A DNA stretch of 64,000 nt, from the NCBI GenBank assembly GCA_032159235.1, contig JAVHWW010000075.1:3717-67716 (forward strand), read 5' to 3'. The position numbers and the translations under genes were made by a program. The DNA is from Acidobacteriota bacterium (GTDB lineage Bacteria > Acidobacteriota > Blastocatellia > Pyrinomonadales > Pyrinomonadaceae). Each line of letters begins with the position of its first letter. Within the stretch, counting starts at the first letter, position 1. Positions 52,887 to 61,800 of this stretch are shown piece by piece. The notes beneath the pieces were generated by a model. That model was given only the letters and a program-made list of their open reading frames with translations. It did no database searches and had not been told where the DNA came from.

Positions 52887-54155
52887 TCAGGCGGAAGCAA
52901 CAACAGGGAGCAGCGAAGAGCCGTGCGGCATGAGGTAGCCTTGAGAATTTTGATTTATTTGCGCGAGCGCTTCATCAATCGAGCGCGCAGGAATCATTCG
53001 CATCTGTCGCACATCCGTCTCCGACAACTTTGAAACGAGATGCACGCGAAACCTCTCCGCTTTGACGAGCAGAGACCACGCTGTCTGACCGTTCACTTCG
53101 TAATGCTCGCGCAATCTCTCTTCAAGGGCGCGCGAATCCGCCGCGTCAAACCATTTGAGAAAATCCGCGCGCCCGAAACCGTCAACGCATTCGGCCAGCA
53201 GAATGATGTCGCCTCCATCGTGGCAGGCGTGCGCGGCCATATCCAGAGTCTTGTGTGCCTGAATCAGATTGATGTCCCAGGGCGAGCCGCCGCAACTTGC
53301 GATGACGACATCGTGCGGCGCTTCGATTTTGACTGAATGCTCTTCTGCATACTCCGCACACGCACGGCGATGCGCTGCGCGCCAGTCGCCAGCATAAACG
53401 CGCACGGCACGTCCGCGCTCGTCCGTCACAGCATTAATCAGAAACGACGGCGCGATCAACGCCGCGACACGCTCACACTCTTCGTGAACAGCATTGCCTT
53501 CGAGCAGACCTGTGCCGACGCCTGCACGACGCCCGCCGCGCTCTAAATCCAGCGCAAGCGTATGCGTCGCTTCGATTGTCTGCGCCGAAGCCAGACCGGG
53601 GCAGATGCTTTTACGTCCGCCCGTGAAGCCAGCGAAATAGTGAAAGCCAATCGCGCCGGTGAGAATGACGTGGTCGTGTTCCTTGAGCGCGCGATTGACT
53701 TCGACAGGCGTGCAGTGCGCGGTCGTGCCGAGTTGAATCATGCTCGCGGAATCCTGAGCATCGTGATTGATGGTCTTGATTCTCTGCGCGATGAACGGCG
53801 TGAGCAACTCGCGCTTTTCTTCCGGCGTAACCGCGCGATGAATGCCCGTCGCAAAAATAATGCTGACATCATTCGGCGCAACACCCGACTCGATCAAACG
53901 CCGCACGAGCAGATTGACAACCTGCGCGGCGGCGGTCGCGCGCGTCGCATCGGAGACGACAATCAAGACGCTCTCGCCCGCCGAGATGATCTCTTCGAGC
54001 GGAGGCGAACCAATCGGCGCATCTATAGCTGCTCCGATCTCGACATCCGTCAAGGGATGACTCTCGCACACCTCAACTTCAAGCACACGAAAACGCGCTT
54101 CGTCGTAAGCGAAAGAGATAGATTCTCGTCCGTAACCTAATTTGATTGCAGACAT
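52887..54155 (-). CDS. LarA-like nickel-pincer-dependent lactate racemase family protein (DUF2088)
   Basis: 422 aa. ATGIHR, FAGFTGGRKSICPG (cofactor-tethering Lys region) and GGSPWDINLIQAHK patterns typical of LarA homologs. Confidence 0.8.
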   Translation of the reverse strand: MSAIKLGYGRESISFAYDEARFRVLEVEVCESHPLTDVEIGAAIDAPIGSPPLEEIISAGESVLIVVSDATRATAAAQVVNLLVRRLIESGVAPNDVSIIFATGIHRAVTPEEKRELLTPFIAQRIKTINHDAQDSASMIQLGTTAHCTPVEVNRALKEHDHVILTGAIGFHYFAGFTGGRKSICPGLASAQTIEATHTLALDLERGGRRAGVGTGLLEGNAVHEECERVAALIAPSFLINAVTDERGRAVRVYAGDWRAAHRRACAEYAEEHSVKIEAPHDVVIASCGGSPWDINLIQAHKTLDMAAHACHDGGDIILLAECVDGFGRADFLKWFDAADSRALEERLREHYEVNGQTAWSLLVKAERFRVHLVSKLSETDVRQMRMIPARSIDEALAQINQNSQGYLMPHGSSLLPVVASA

Positions 54156-54156
54156 A

Positions 54157-54271
54157 AAAGCAGGAGTCAGAATTCAGGAGTCAGGAGCCAGAAGAAAAGA
54201 AAATCAATAAAAGCGGGTTGCCGCCTGATCCATTCTGGATTCTGAATTCTGACTCCTGAATTCTGCCTTTC
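54157..54271 (+). repeat. Family E palindromic element (core in plus orientation)
   Basis: Left arm 54157-54195, core GAAAAGAAAATCAATAAAAGCGGGTTGCCGCCTGATC, right arm 54231-54271. Fills the gap between 54155 and 54273. Confidence 0.9.
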
Positions 54272-54272
54272 A

Positions 54273-54515
54273 TTAAATCCCGAACTGAACAAGTGTGCGT
54301 TCGATTGAGTTAAGCGAGATGAAATCTGTTTGTCCGGCGGCGCGCGCGTCTGCCAGCCAGCGCCGCAGCTTGCGCGCTTCGTCGAGCGAAGAGATGCGAC
54401 ACGCGCCCGTCAGCGCCAGCGTGACCAGACAATCGGGCGCACCGTGCGTGACGAGCGCCGCCTGTAATGCCGCCTGTTCGCGTAGATCGAGTGTTAATAG
54501 AAGATTGATTTCCAT
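54273..54515 (-). CDS. Hypothetical 80-aa protein
   Basis: ORF exactly bracketed by a family E and a family A element. No family recognised. Confidence 0.35.
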   Translation of the reverse strand: MEINLLLTLDLREQAALQAALVTHGAPDCLVTLALTGACRISSLDEARKLRRWLADARAAGQTDFISLNSIERTLVQFGI

Positions 54516-54516
54516 A

Positions 54517-54600
54517 GGTCAGTGGTCAGTGGTCGGTGGTCAGTGGTCAGATGGCGACGAGTGGTTTTCACTGACCACTGACCACTGACTACCGACCACT
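54517..54600. repeat. Family A palindromic element with divergent loop
   Basis: Left arm 54517-54550, loop ATGGCGACGAGTGGTTTTCA 54551-54570, right arm 54571-54600. Confidence 0.85.
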
Positions 54601-54603
54601 ATT

Positions 54604-55614
54604 TCATTCTCTTGCCGAACGAAAGCAGGCCGTGCCCGCGTGACAGAAGTGGAATGTTTCGTCCTCGAAATCCGTTGTCTCCATTTGAATCGTCAGGTGG
54701 TCAACGCCGAAACGATCCTGGAGTTTCGCGCGCAGTTGCTTCAAGAGTTCCGCCTGCGAGATTGTCTCGATGTGAATCACGTGCGCGCTCAGTGCCTCGC
54801 GTCCTGAAGTGATCGTCCAGATGTGCAGGTCGTGAACGTCCGTCACGCCGTCCGTCTGTAAGATAGCATCCTCGACCGCCGCGAGGTTGATGTGCGCGGG
54901 CGTGCCTTCCAGCAGCACGTTGGTTGATTCACGAATCAGATGCCACGAACTCCAGATGATGAGCAGGCCGATGAGACAACTAAAGAGCGGGTCGGCGGCG
55001 TACCATCCGTAAACGGACATCAACACGCCCGCGATAATCGCGCCGACGGAGCCAAGCGCATCGCCGATGATGTGCAGCCACGCGCCGCGCACATTCAAGT
55101 CGTCCTTGTGATCGCCGTGCAGCAACCGCGCGCAAACGAGATTGATGACCAGCCCGCCGCTTGCGACCAGGATCATCAAACCGCTTCTGACCACCGGCGG
55201 CTGTGCCCAGCGCTGATATGCCTCGTAGAAAATCAGAAACGAAATCAGAACGAGCGCGACGCCGTTAATCAAAGCGGCGAGAATCTCCAGACGATAGTAA
55301 CCGAACGTCTTGCTTGAAGTCGCTGGACGCGAGCCGAACCAGACGGCGATTAAAGCCAGCGCCAGCGCCGCGACATCTGTCAGCGCATGTCCGGCGTCGG
55401 CCAGCAGCGCGAGTGAGCCGGTCAACCATCCGCCCGCAGCCTCCGCAAACATGTAAACAGCCGTCAGCACCAGCACGATGCTCAGGCGACGGCGACTGCG
55501 CGCCGCACGACTATGCGAATGCGAGTGCGTGTGCTGAGGCTCTGACGCAGCATCATTCTCACGCGCCAACTCGCGCTCAACCTCATGTCCCACGCTGGTC
55601 TTCATCTGAAACAT
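54604..55614 (-). CDS. Cation diffusion facilitator (CzcD/ZitB-type) metal efflux transporter
   Basis: His-rich N-tail (HTHSHSHS). TM2 HALTD and TM5 HIIGD metal-site motifs. C-terminal cytoplasmic domain. Confidence 0.9.
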   Translation of the reverse strand: MFQMKTSVGHEVERELARENDAASEPQHTHSHSHSRAARSRRRLSIVLVLTAVYMFAEAAGGWLTGSLALLADAGHALTDVAALALALIAVWFGSRPATSSKTFGYYRLEILAALINGVALVLISFLIFYEAYQRWAQPPVVRSGLMILVASGGLVINLVCARLLHGDHKDDLNVRGAWLHIIGDALGSVGAIIAGVLMSVYGWYAADPLFSCLIGLLIIWSSWHLIRESTNVLLEGTPAHINLAAVEDAILQTDGVTDVHDLHIWTITSGREALSAHVIHIETISQAELLKQLRAKLQDRFGVDHLTIQMETTDFEDETFHFCHAGTACFRSARE

Positions 55615-55620
55615 AGCAAT

Positions 55621-55719
55621 CCAGAATTCAGAAGCCAGAAGTCAGAAGCCAGAAGAAAAGAAGAACAAAATCTGTCGAAGCGGGTTGCTGCCTTAGCATT
55701 CTGAATTCTGGATTCTGCC
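55621..55719 (+). repeat. Family E palindromic element (core in plus orientation)
   Basis: Left arm 55621-55655, core AAAAGAAGAACAAAATCTGTCGAAGCGGGTTGCTGCCTTAG, right arm 55697-55719. Confidence 0.85.
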
Positions 55720-55851
55720 TTTCAAGCGCCTGTGTACTGTCTGCGATGATGTCACCTGCGGCTTCGATGCCGACAGCGCGCACATGCCTCAGCCCCGCCG
55801 CGTCCAGCTTCTAAGATTAGCAGATTACGAGGGAGGCTGACAGCCGAAGAT

Positions 55852-55940
55852 AAGGTGAAAAGGTTAAAAGGTTAAATGGGGAAGGGGGCAAAGCAGATTG
55901 CTCTTACCTTTCCCCATTTAACCTTTTAACCTTTGCCCTT
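55852..55940. repeat. Family F palindromic element (8-nt units AAGGTTAA/ATGGGGAA)
   Basis: Left arm 55852-55893, loop, right arm 55908-55940. Ends 4 nt before the stop codon at 55945-47. Confidence 0.85.
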
Positions 55941-55944
55941 CTGA

Positions 55945-56739
55945 TTAAATCGCGGCGATGTTGAGCGCGGCGTTGAAGTCGCGGTAGAGGTCGTTGAAAT
56001 CACGAAGCGTGCCTTCGAGCACGTTGGGCAGACGGTCTATGTCGGCGAGGTTGACCACCAGATTGACGTTGTGAACAAAGGCTGTGTGCGTATCCAGAGT
56101 GCGAGCCGTCGGAGAAAGTTGAACGAAGAGGAGCCGACGGCGCGCGGCTGGACGCAAGGCGTTGATCTCACTCGTGACGAAAGCTGCGCCCTGCTCGATG
56201 GGGTCGAAGTCCGTCTCAAGGATCACGATATCCATCTTCTCTTCGCGCATCCGTTCGATGGCCTGCGAAGTGTTCTCCGCAATATAGACCTGATAGTTTT
56301 TATCCACTAACGCCCGCCCGATCTCTTCGCGGCGCGCGGGCGCGGCGCACACGAGCACGCGCCGGTGCTCCCATTTGAGCCGCGTCGCGCTGCGTTGTTT
56401 CCCGTCCGCAGGTGCGCTGCGCTGCAACAACTCCACGAGCAAGAGTGCGAGATCATTCGGCTCGGCAGAGGTCGCGCGGCGATCAGCCTGAACTTCTTCT
56501 TCACGCGCAGCATTCTCCGGCTTGAAGACCGGAGCCGCCGTCGGCGGACTGAATCGCGTGTTATCGAGTGCGGGCGACTCGCCGACGCTGATCCCGCTCT
56601 GCTGCACGCCTGTGTTGCCGGGCGGCTGCCCGTGAATCAGGCTCTGGCACTTCGGACAACGAACGGTGAAAGCGCGCGAAGGAATCTTCGCATCGTCAAG
56701 TTGCAGGCGCGTCGCGCATTGTGAACAGACAACGATCAT
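55945..56739 (-). CDS. MJ0042-type zinc-finger protein with C-terminal receiver-like (pseudo-receiver) domain
   Basis: N-terminal CSQC...CPKC zinc ribbon and a low-complexity linker. The C-terminal flavodoxin-like fold VLVCAAPA...DIVILETDFD lacks the N-terminal acidic pair. Confidence 0.6.
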   Translation of the reverse strand: MIVVCSQCATRLQLDDAKIPSRAFTVRCPKCQSLIHGQPPGNTGVQQSGISVGESPALDNTRFSPPTAAPVFKPENAAREEEVQADRRATSAEPNDLALLLVELLQRSAPADGKQRSATRLKWEHRRVLVCAAPARREEIGRALVDKNYQVYIAENTSQAIERMREEKMDIVILETDFDPIEQGAAFVTSEINALRPAARRRLLFVQLSPTARTLDTHTAFVHNVNLVVNLADIDRLPNVLEGTLRDFNDLYRDFNAALNIAAI

Positions 56740-56814
56740 GATGTTAGGCAGTTGCTGAGAGATTTTTCAAACGCCGCTCTGCGGATTCGATGAACGGCGC
56801 GACGAGTTGTGGCC

Positions 56815-57999
56815 TTACTCGATGGCACCAAGCATCGAGCCGTAATCCTGAAAAGCGTTGACCGGCACATTGCTGTTGCTGGTGCGAATGTAATCTTCGG
56901 ATGAAGAGAGTCCCTTGAGCGCGAGCAGCAGGTTGTTCTGGTTCGTGGCAAAAGCGATGCCGTCTTCCAGCGTCACGGTTTTGCTTTCGATCATACTCTT
57001 AATCACGCTGTCGAAGTCCTGCATCCCGTCAATCTTGCCATCGCGCATCGCGTCGAGCAGCGACTTGCCTTCCGACTCGCCCTCTTCAATGTACTCGCGC
57101 GTGCGCGGGCTTGATTTCAAAATCTCCACCGCAGCGATGCGGCCCCGACCATCCGCGCGCGGAATCAAACGCTGCGAGACGATGTAGCGAAACGTCTGCG
57201 CGAGCCGCGTGCGGATGACCTTCTCTTCGTTCTTCGGATAGAGGCCGATGATGCGGTCAATTGATTTCGAGGCGTCAATCGTGTGCAGGGTCGAGAGCAC
57301 GAGGTGTCCGGTCTCGGCGGCTTCCAAGGCGATCTCTGTGGTTTCAAAATCGCGCATCTCGCCAATCAGGATCACTTTCGGAGCCTGACGCAACGCGGCG
57401 CGCAACGCCGACGGAAAGTCTTTCGTGTCGGAGCCGACCTCGCGTTGATTGATCGTCGAGTTCTTGTGCGCGTGTAGAAACTCTATCGGGTCTTCGATGG
57501 TGACGACGTGATAGTGCTTCGTCTCGTTGATGATGTCTATGACGGCGGCGAGCGTGGAGCTTTTGCCAGAGCCGGTCGGCCCCGTCAGCAGCACGATGCC
57601 GTTGCGCAACTCCGCGATGTCGGAGAGTTGCAGCGGAAGACTGAGCGATTGCAGGCTCGGAATCTCCGTCGGGATGACGCGCATGACGATGGAGTAAGAG
57701 CCGCGTTGCTGAAAGACGTTGACGCGGAAGCGCGTGCGTGAAGGCAGGCTGTAGCTCAAATCTGCTGTGCCCGTGTGCGCCAGTCGCTCGGCAGCTTCAG
57801 GGTTGCCGTGCATCAGAGTCATGGCGATGACCTCTGTCTGGTACGGCATCAATTTTTGCAGACCGAGCGGTTGCACGGGCGTCAACTTGCCGTTGATCTC
57901 AACCTGCGGCGGCTGGCCGACGCTGAAATTCAGGTCGCTGATTTTGTCGGAGACGAGCAGCATACGCTCGATGATGGGCGGCAGGTCAAAGAAGCTCAT
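56815..57999 (-). CDS. pilT: Type IV pilus retraction ATPase PilT family
   Basis: Walker A GPTGSGKSS. ITIEDPIEF, LRQAPKVILIGEMRD and GHLVLSTLHT motifs. ATG 57999 (an in-frame GTG lies at 58011). About 40-aa C-terminal extension. Confidence 0.9.
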   Translation of the reverse strand: MSFFDLPPIIERMLLVSDKISDLNFSVGQPPQVEINGKLTPVQPLGLQKLMPYQTEVIAMTLMHGNPEAAERLAHTGTADLSYSLPSRTRFRVNVFQQRGSYSIVMRVIPTEIPSLQSLSLPLQLSDIAELRNGIVLLTGPTGSGKSSTLAAVIDIINETKHYHVVTIEDPIEFLHAHKNSTINQREVGSDTKDFPSALRAALRQAPKVILIGEMRDFETTEIALEAAETGHLVLSTLHTIDASKSIDRIIGLYPKNEEKVIRTRLAQTFRYIVSQRLIPRADGRGRIAAVEILKSSPRTREYIEEGESEGKSLLDAMRDGKIDGMQDFDSVIKSMIESKTVTLEDGIAFATNQNNLLLALKGLSSSEDYIRTSNSNVPVNAFQDYGSMLGAIE

Positions 58000-58186
58000 G
58001 CAGGGCAGCACTCCAAAGTAGGTCGAGGGTGGTGTCTAAAGGCAAGTCGTCTGGAAACAATCAACCGGGTCAAGAGAGTCGGCAACGCGCGTTGCTCAGA
58101 CGACTTCGATTGTCTCGTATAACTTGGCTAAACGCAAGCAAAAATTGTTTGCTCTGGCTATTTACAGGGATTTTTGAGGATTTTGG

Positions 58187-58810
58187 CTAGAAATTGGTCA
58201 GTATTTCCCGCGTGCGCTCTTCAATCTTCAATGAATCAGCAAGCAAGAGGCTGATGACGGCAACTGCATCGGCTCCTGCTGCGAGCACCTCTTTGATATT
58301 CCTGCGACCGATTCCGCCGATGGCGACGAGCGGAATCTCACCGACTATTTGCCGGACGCGACGCAGTCCGTCGAGACCAATCACAGGGTCAGGATTCTCT
58401 TTCGATGTAGTCTCAAAGATTGGCCCAATGGCGATGTAATCAACGGGCAGACGAGCGGCAACTGCGGCCTGTTCGACATTGTGTGTGGAGAAACCGATGA
58501 TGGCGTGCTCGCCCAGAAGCTCGCGCGCCGCCGCAGGCGGAAGATCATCCTGTCCCAGGTGAACACCGTCGGCAGCAAGCGCGAGCGCGATGTCAACGCG
58601 GTCGTTGATGATGAGTCGCACACCGCACGAGCGCGCAACGCGCAGTGCTTCTTCCGCTGCTCTATAAAATTCACGCGGAGCGTGCTGCTTCTCTCGCAGT
58701 TGAATGAACGTCGCACCGCCCGCGCTCAAACATCTGATCTGCTCCGCGTGTGAGAGGCCGGAGAGTCGAGCGTCTGTGATCGGATAAAGTTTAGGTAGAT
58801 TGACTCGCAA
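58187..58810 (-). CDS. thiE: Thiamine-phosphate synthase
   Basis: LYPITD, IQLREK, INDRVDIALA and GGI motifs. TTG start 11 nt after the upstream stop. Confidence 0.9.
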   Translation of the reverse strand: MRVNLPKLYPITDARLSGLSHAEQIRCLSAGGATFIQLREKQHAPREFYRAAEEALRVARSCGVRLIINDRVDIALALAADGVHLGQDDLPPAAARELLGEHAIIGFSTHNVEQAAVAARLPVDYIAIGPIFETTSKENPDPVIGLDGLRRVRQIVGEIPLVAIGGIGRRNIKEVLAAGADAVAVISLLLADSLKIEERTREILTNF

Positions 58811-58821
58811 GTTAAATCGGA

Positions 58822-61800
58822 CTACTGTGCCTGGCCGCTCAGAGTTTGCGCTTGCGTCGCACGCGCTTCTTCCTCGTTATCCGGCGTTGGCTCTCTCTCA
58901 CCAAGGACGATACGCACCTGATGCGTCTTGCCGTCATCTGCGAGCGGAATTTCAAAAGTCGGCTGCTGCACATCGTCAAGCCACACTTCAGCGACGCCGC
59001 GACTGATGCCTGACGGATTCTCAACTTTGATATTGTAGCGCGTGCGCCCGCGACGATAGCTCATTTCGTAGCCGCGCCAGCTACGCGGGATGCACGGCTC
59101 GATTCGCAAACTCTCGCCCCGCAATTCAAAACCTAAAATTGATTCCAGCCCCGCGCGATACATCCAGCTTGCGCTTCCTGTGTACCACGTCCACCCGCCG
59201 CGCCCAGTGTGCGGCGGCACAGCATAGACATCGCCCGCCGCCACGTAAGGCTCCGTTTTATACTTGTGAAGCCCCGCGCGCGTCGAGGCGTGATTGATCG
59301 GATTCAAGAGAGCGAAGAGTTCGCCCGCGCGGTCGCCGTCGCCTAAGCTGGCGTAAGCGATCAGAGTCCAGAGCGCCGCGTGCGTGTATTGTCCGCCGTT
59401 CTCGCGCACGCCGGGCACGTAACCCTTGATGTAGCCGGGATCGAGCGCCCCTTTGTCGAACGGCGGATTAAACAGAATGACGAGGCCATCACCGCGCCGG
59501 ATCAGATACTGCTCGACGGCGGACATGGCGCGCGCTGCGCGATGTTTATCCGCCGCGCCGGAGATGACGCCCCACGATTGCACAATCGAATCAATGCGGC
59601 ACTCTTCGTTCTGCGCGGAGCCGAGCGGCGTGCCGTCGTCAAAGTAAGCGCGGCGATACCAGTCACCATCCCAGCCATTTTCTTCGAGCGCCTTTTTCAA
59701 ACTCGTCAAATGCTCGCGGTACGCGGTGGTACGTTTCGTTTCACCACGCGCTTCGCTAAATTGTGCGAAGCCGCCAAGCGTCGTGTGCAGAAACCAGCCG
59801 ACCCAGACGCTCTCGCCTTTGCCCAAATAACCGACGCGATTCATCCCATCGTTCCAGTCGCCAGCGCCCATCAACGGCAGGCCGTGCGCGCCGACTGCTA
59901 AACTTCTGTCAAGCGCACGCGCGCAGTGCTCATAAACGCTCGCCGTTTCAGTGGAGACTGTGGGCTGTGTATAAGACTCGCTCTCGTCCGGCGCCAGCAA
60001 TGGCGCTTCAATGAACGGCACAACCTCGTCGAGCACGGATGCGTCGCCCGTCACTTCGATGTAGAAATCTGCGACGTAAGGCAACCACAACAGATCATCG
60101 GAGAAGCGCGTGCGCACGCCGCGTCCCGTCGGTGGATGCCACCAGTGTTGCACGTCGCCTTCTTTGAATTGCCGTGATGCCGCGCGCACGATCTGCTCGC
60201 GCGCAATATCCGGCTTTGAATAGACGAGCGCCATCACGTCCTGCAACTGATCGCGGAAACCGTAAGCACCGCCCGATTGATAGAAGGCTGAACGCGACCA
60301 GACACGACACGCCAATGCCTGATAGAGCAACCAACGATTGAGCAACGTGTCCATCGCCGCATCCGGCGTGTGAACCTCGATGGTGCTGAGCAACTCATCC
60401 CAGTGACTAAGGACACGCTCGAACGCCTGATTAACCTCTGCGGCCTGACTGAACCTGGCCGCCAGCGTGCGCGCTTCATCAATGTTCGCGCCTTCGCCTA
60501 ATAGAATAACGATCTGGCGTGATTCTCCGGGCGCGAGTTCGACATAAGACTGCATCGCCGCGCACGGATCGAGTCCCGCTCCGGCATGACCCGAAAGTTT
60601 CGCGTGGCGGAGAGCGGCTGGACTCGCCAGCGAACCGTTGCGTCCCAGAAATTCTTTGCGGTCGCACGTCACAGTGCGCTCGCTCTCGCTCATCTCGACG
60701 AAGGCGACGCGATCTGCAAACTCGTTGTTGTAAGGATTACGCGCCGTGATCGTGCCCGTCGTCTCGTCCACTTCCGTGATGATGAAGGGCGCGGAGGTGC
60801 TTCGCCCGACGCCGAGCACCAACTCGTTGTAGCTCGTGATGGATAGTCGCCGCTTGCGGTCTGTCTGGTTACGCAATCTGAGCAAAGAAATTTTCACGGG
60901 AGCATCAAGCGGAACAAACTGCAAAAGCTCCTGAGCCAGTCCATGACTCGTGCGCTCGAAGACCGTGTAGCCTTGCCCGTGACGAATGATGTATGGCCCG
61001 GCTTCGCGGATGGGCAGCGGCGTCGGCGTCCAGACCGTGCCGGTTTCTTCGTCGCGCAGGTAGATGACTTCGCCGGGAGGATCAGAGACGGCATCGTTCG
61101 ACCAGGGCGTCAGGCGATTCTCGCGGCTGTTGACAGACCAGGTGTAGCCCGCGCCTGTTTCAGTCACCTGAAAGCCGAAGTCGTGGCCGTTTGCGACGAC
61201 GTTGAGCCAGGGTGCGGGCGTCCACTGTCCTTCACCGATCACAGTCACATACTCGCGTCCTTCTGGATTGAAGCCGCCGAGACCGTTGAAGAAAGAGAGG
61301 TCTGGAATCTCGACGGTCGGCTCTGGATACGTGCGTGAAGGCCGACGCGGGATGAAGGGCAGCGGCAGATCATTCTCAGCGGGGCGACGCACGAGTTGCT
61401 CCTCAAGCGAGCCACGATCCGTGACGATGACGATGCGCGCGACCGTGTGCAGCAGAATCCTGTCGGCTTCCGGGAGGATGTCGCTGCGCCGCAGGAAGAC
61501 GCCGCCGGGTTTGTCGAGCAGCGCATGTGAACCGCTCTTGCGAATCAGAGTTTGGATGTCGTCGTGAAGCTCCTGGATGTAGCTCAGTGGCCGGTCGTTC
61601 AAAATCACCAGATCGAAGATGAGACCTTTCAGACGCAGGTACTCGTGCGCGCGCAGGATTTGACGCACCATGTCCAACTCTTCCGCCTGACCGATGCGAA
61701 CCAACACGATTGGCAGATCGCCACTGATACCGTAAGGCCACAAGCTTGATTGCGCTTTCGTGTTGAGCGCGAGGACGTGCGGGCGCGGGCGCAAACTTGG

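Noticed and set aside
3113-55940. Considered whether the tandem short-unit repeats could be CRISPR arrays.
   Set aside because: Units are 7-8 nt and contiguous, with no spacers. Each block is paired with an inverted copy a few tens of nt away. I saw no cas genes.
58811-58821. Looked for a TPP riboswitch upstream of thiE.
   Set aside because: Only 11 nt separate thiE from the preceding stop codon, and no CUGAGA-type THI-box sequence is present.
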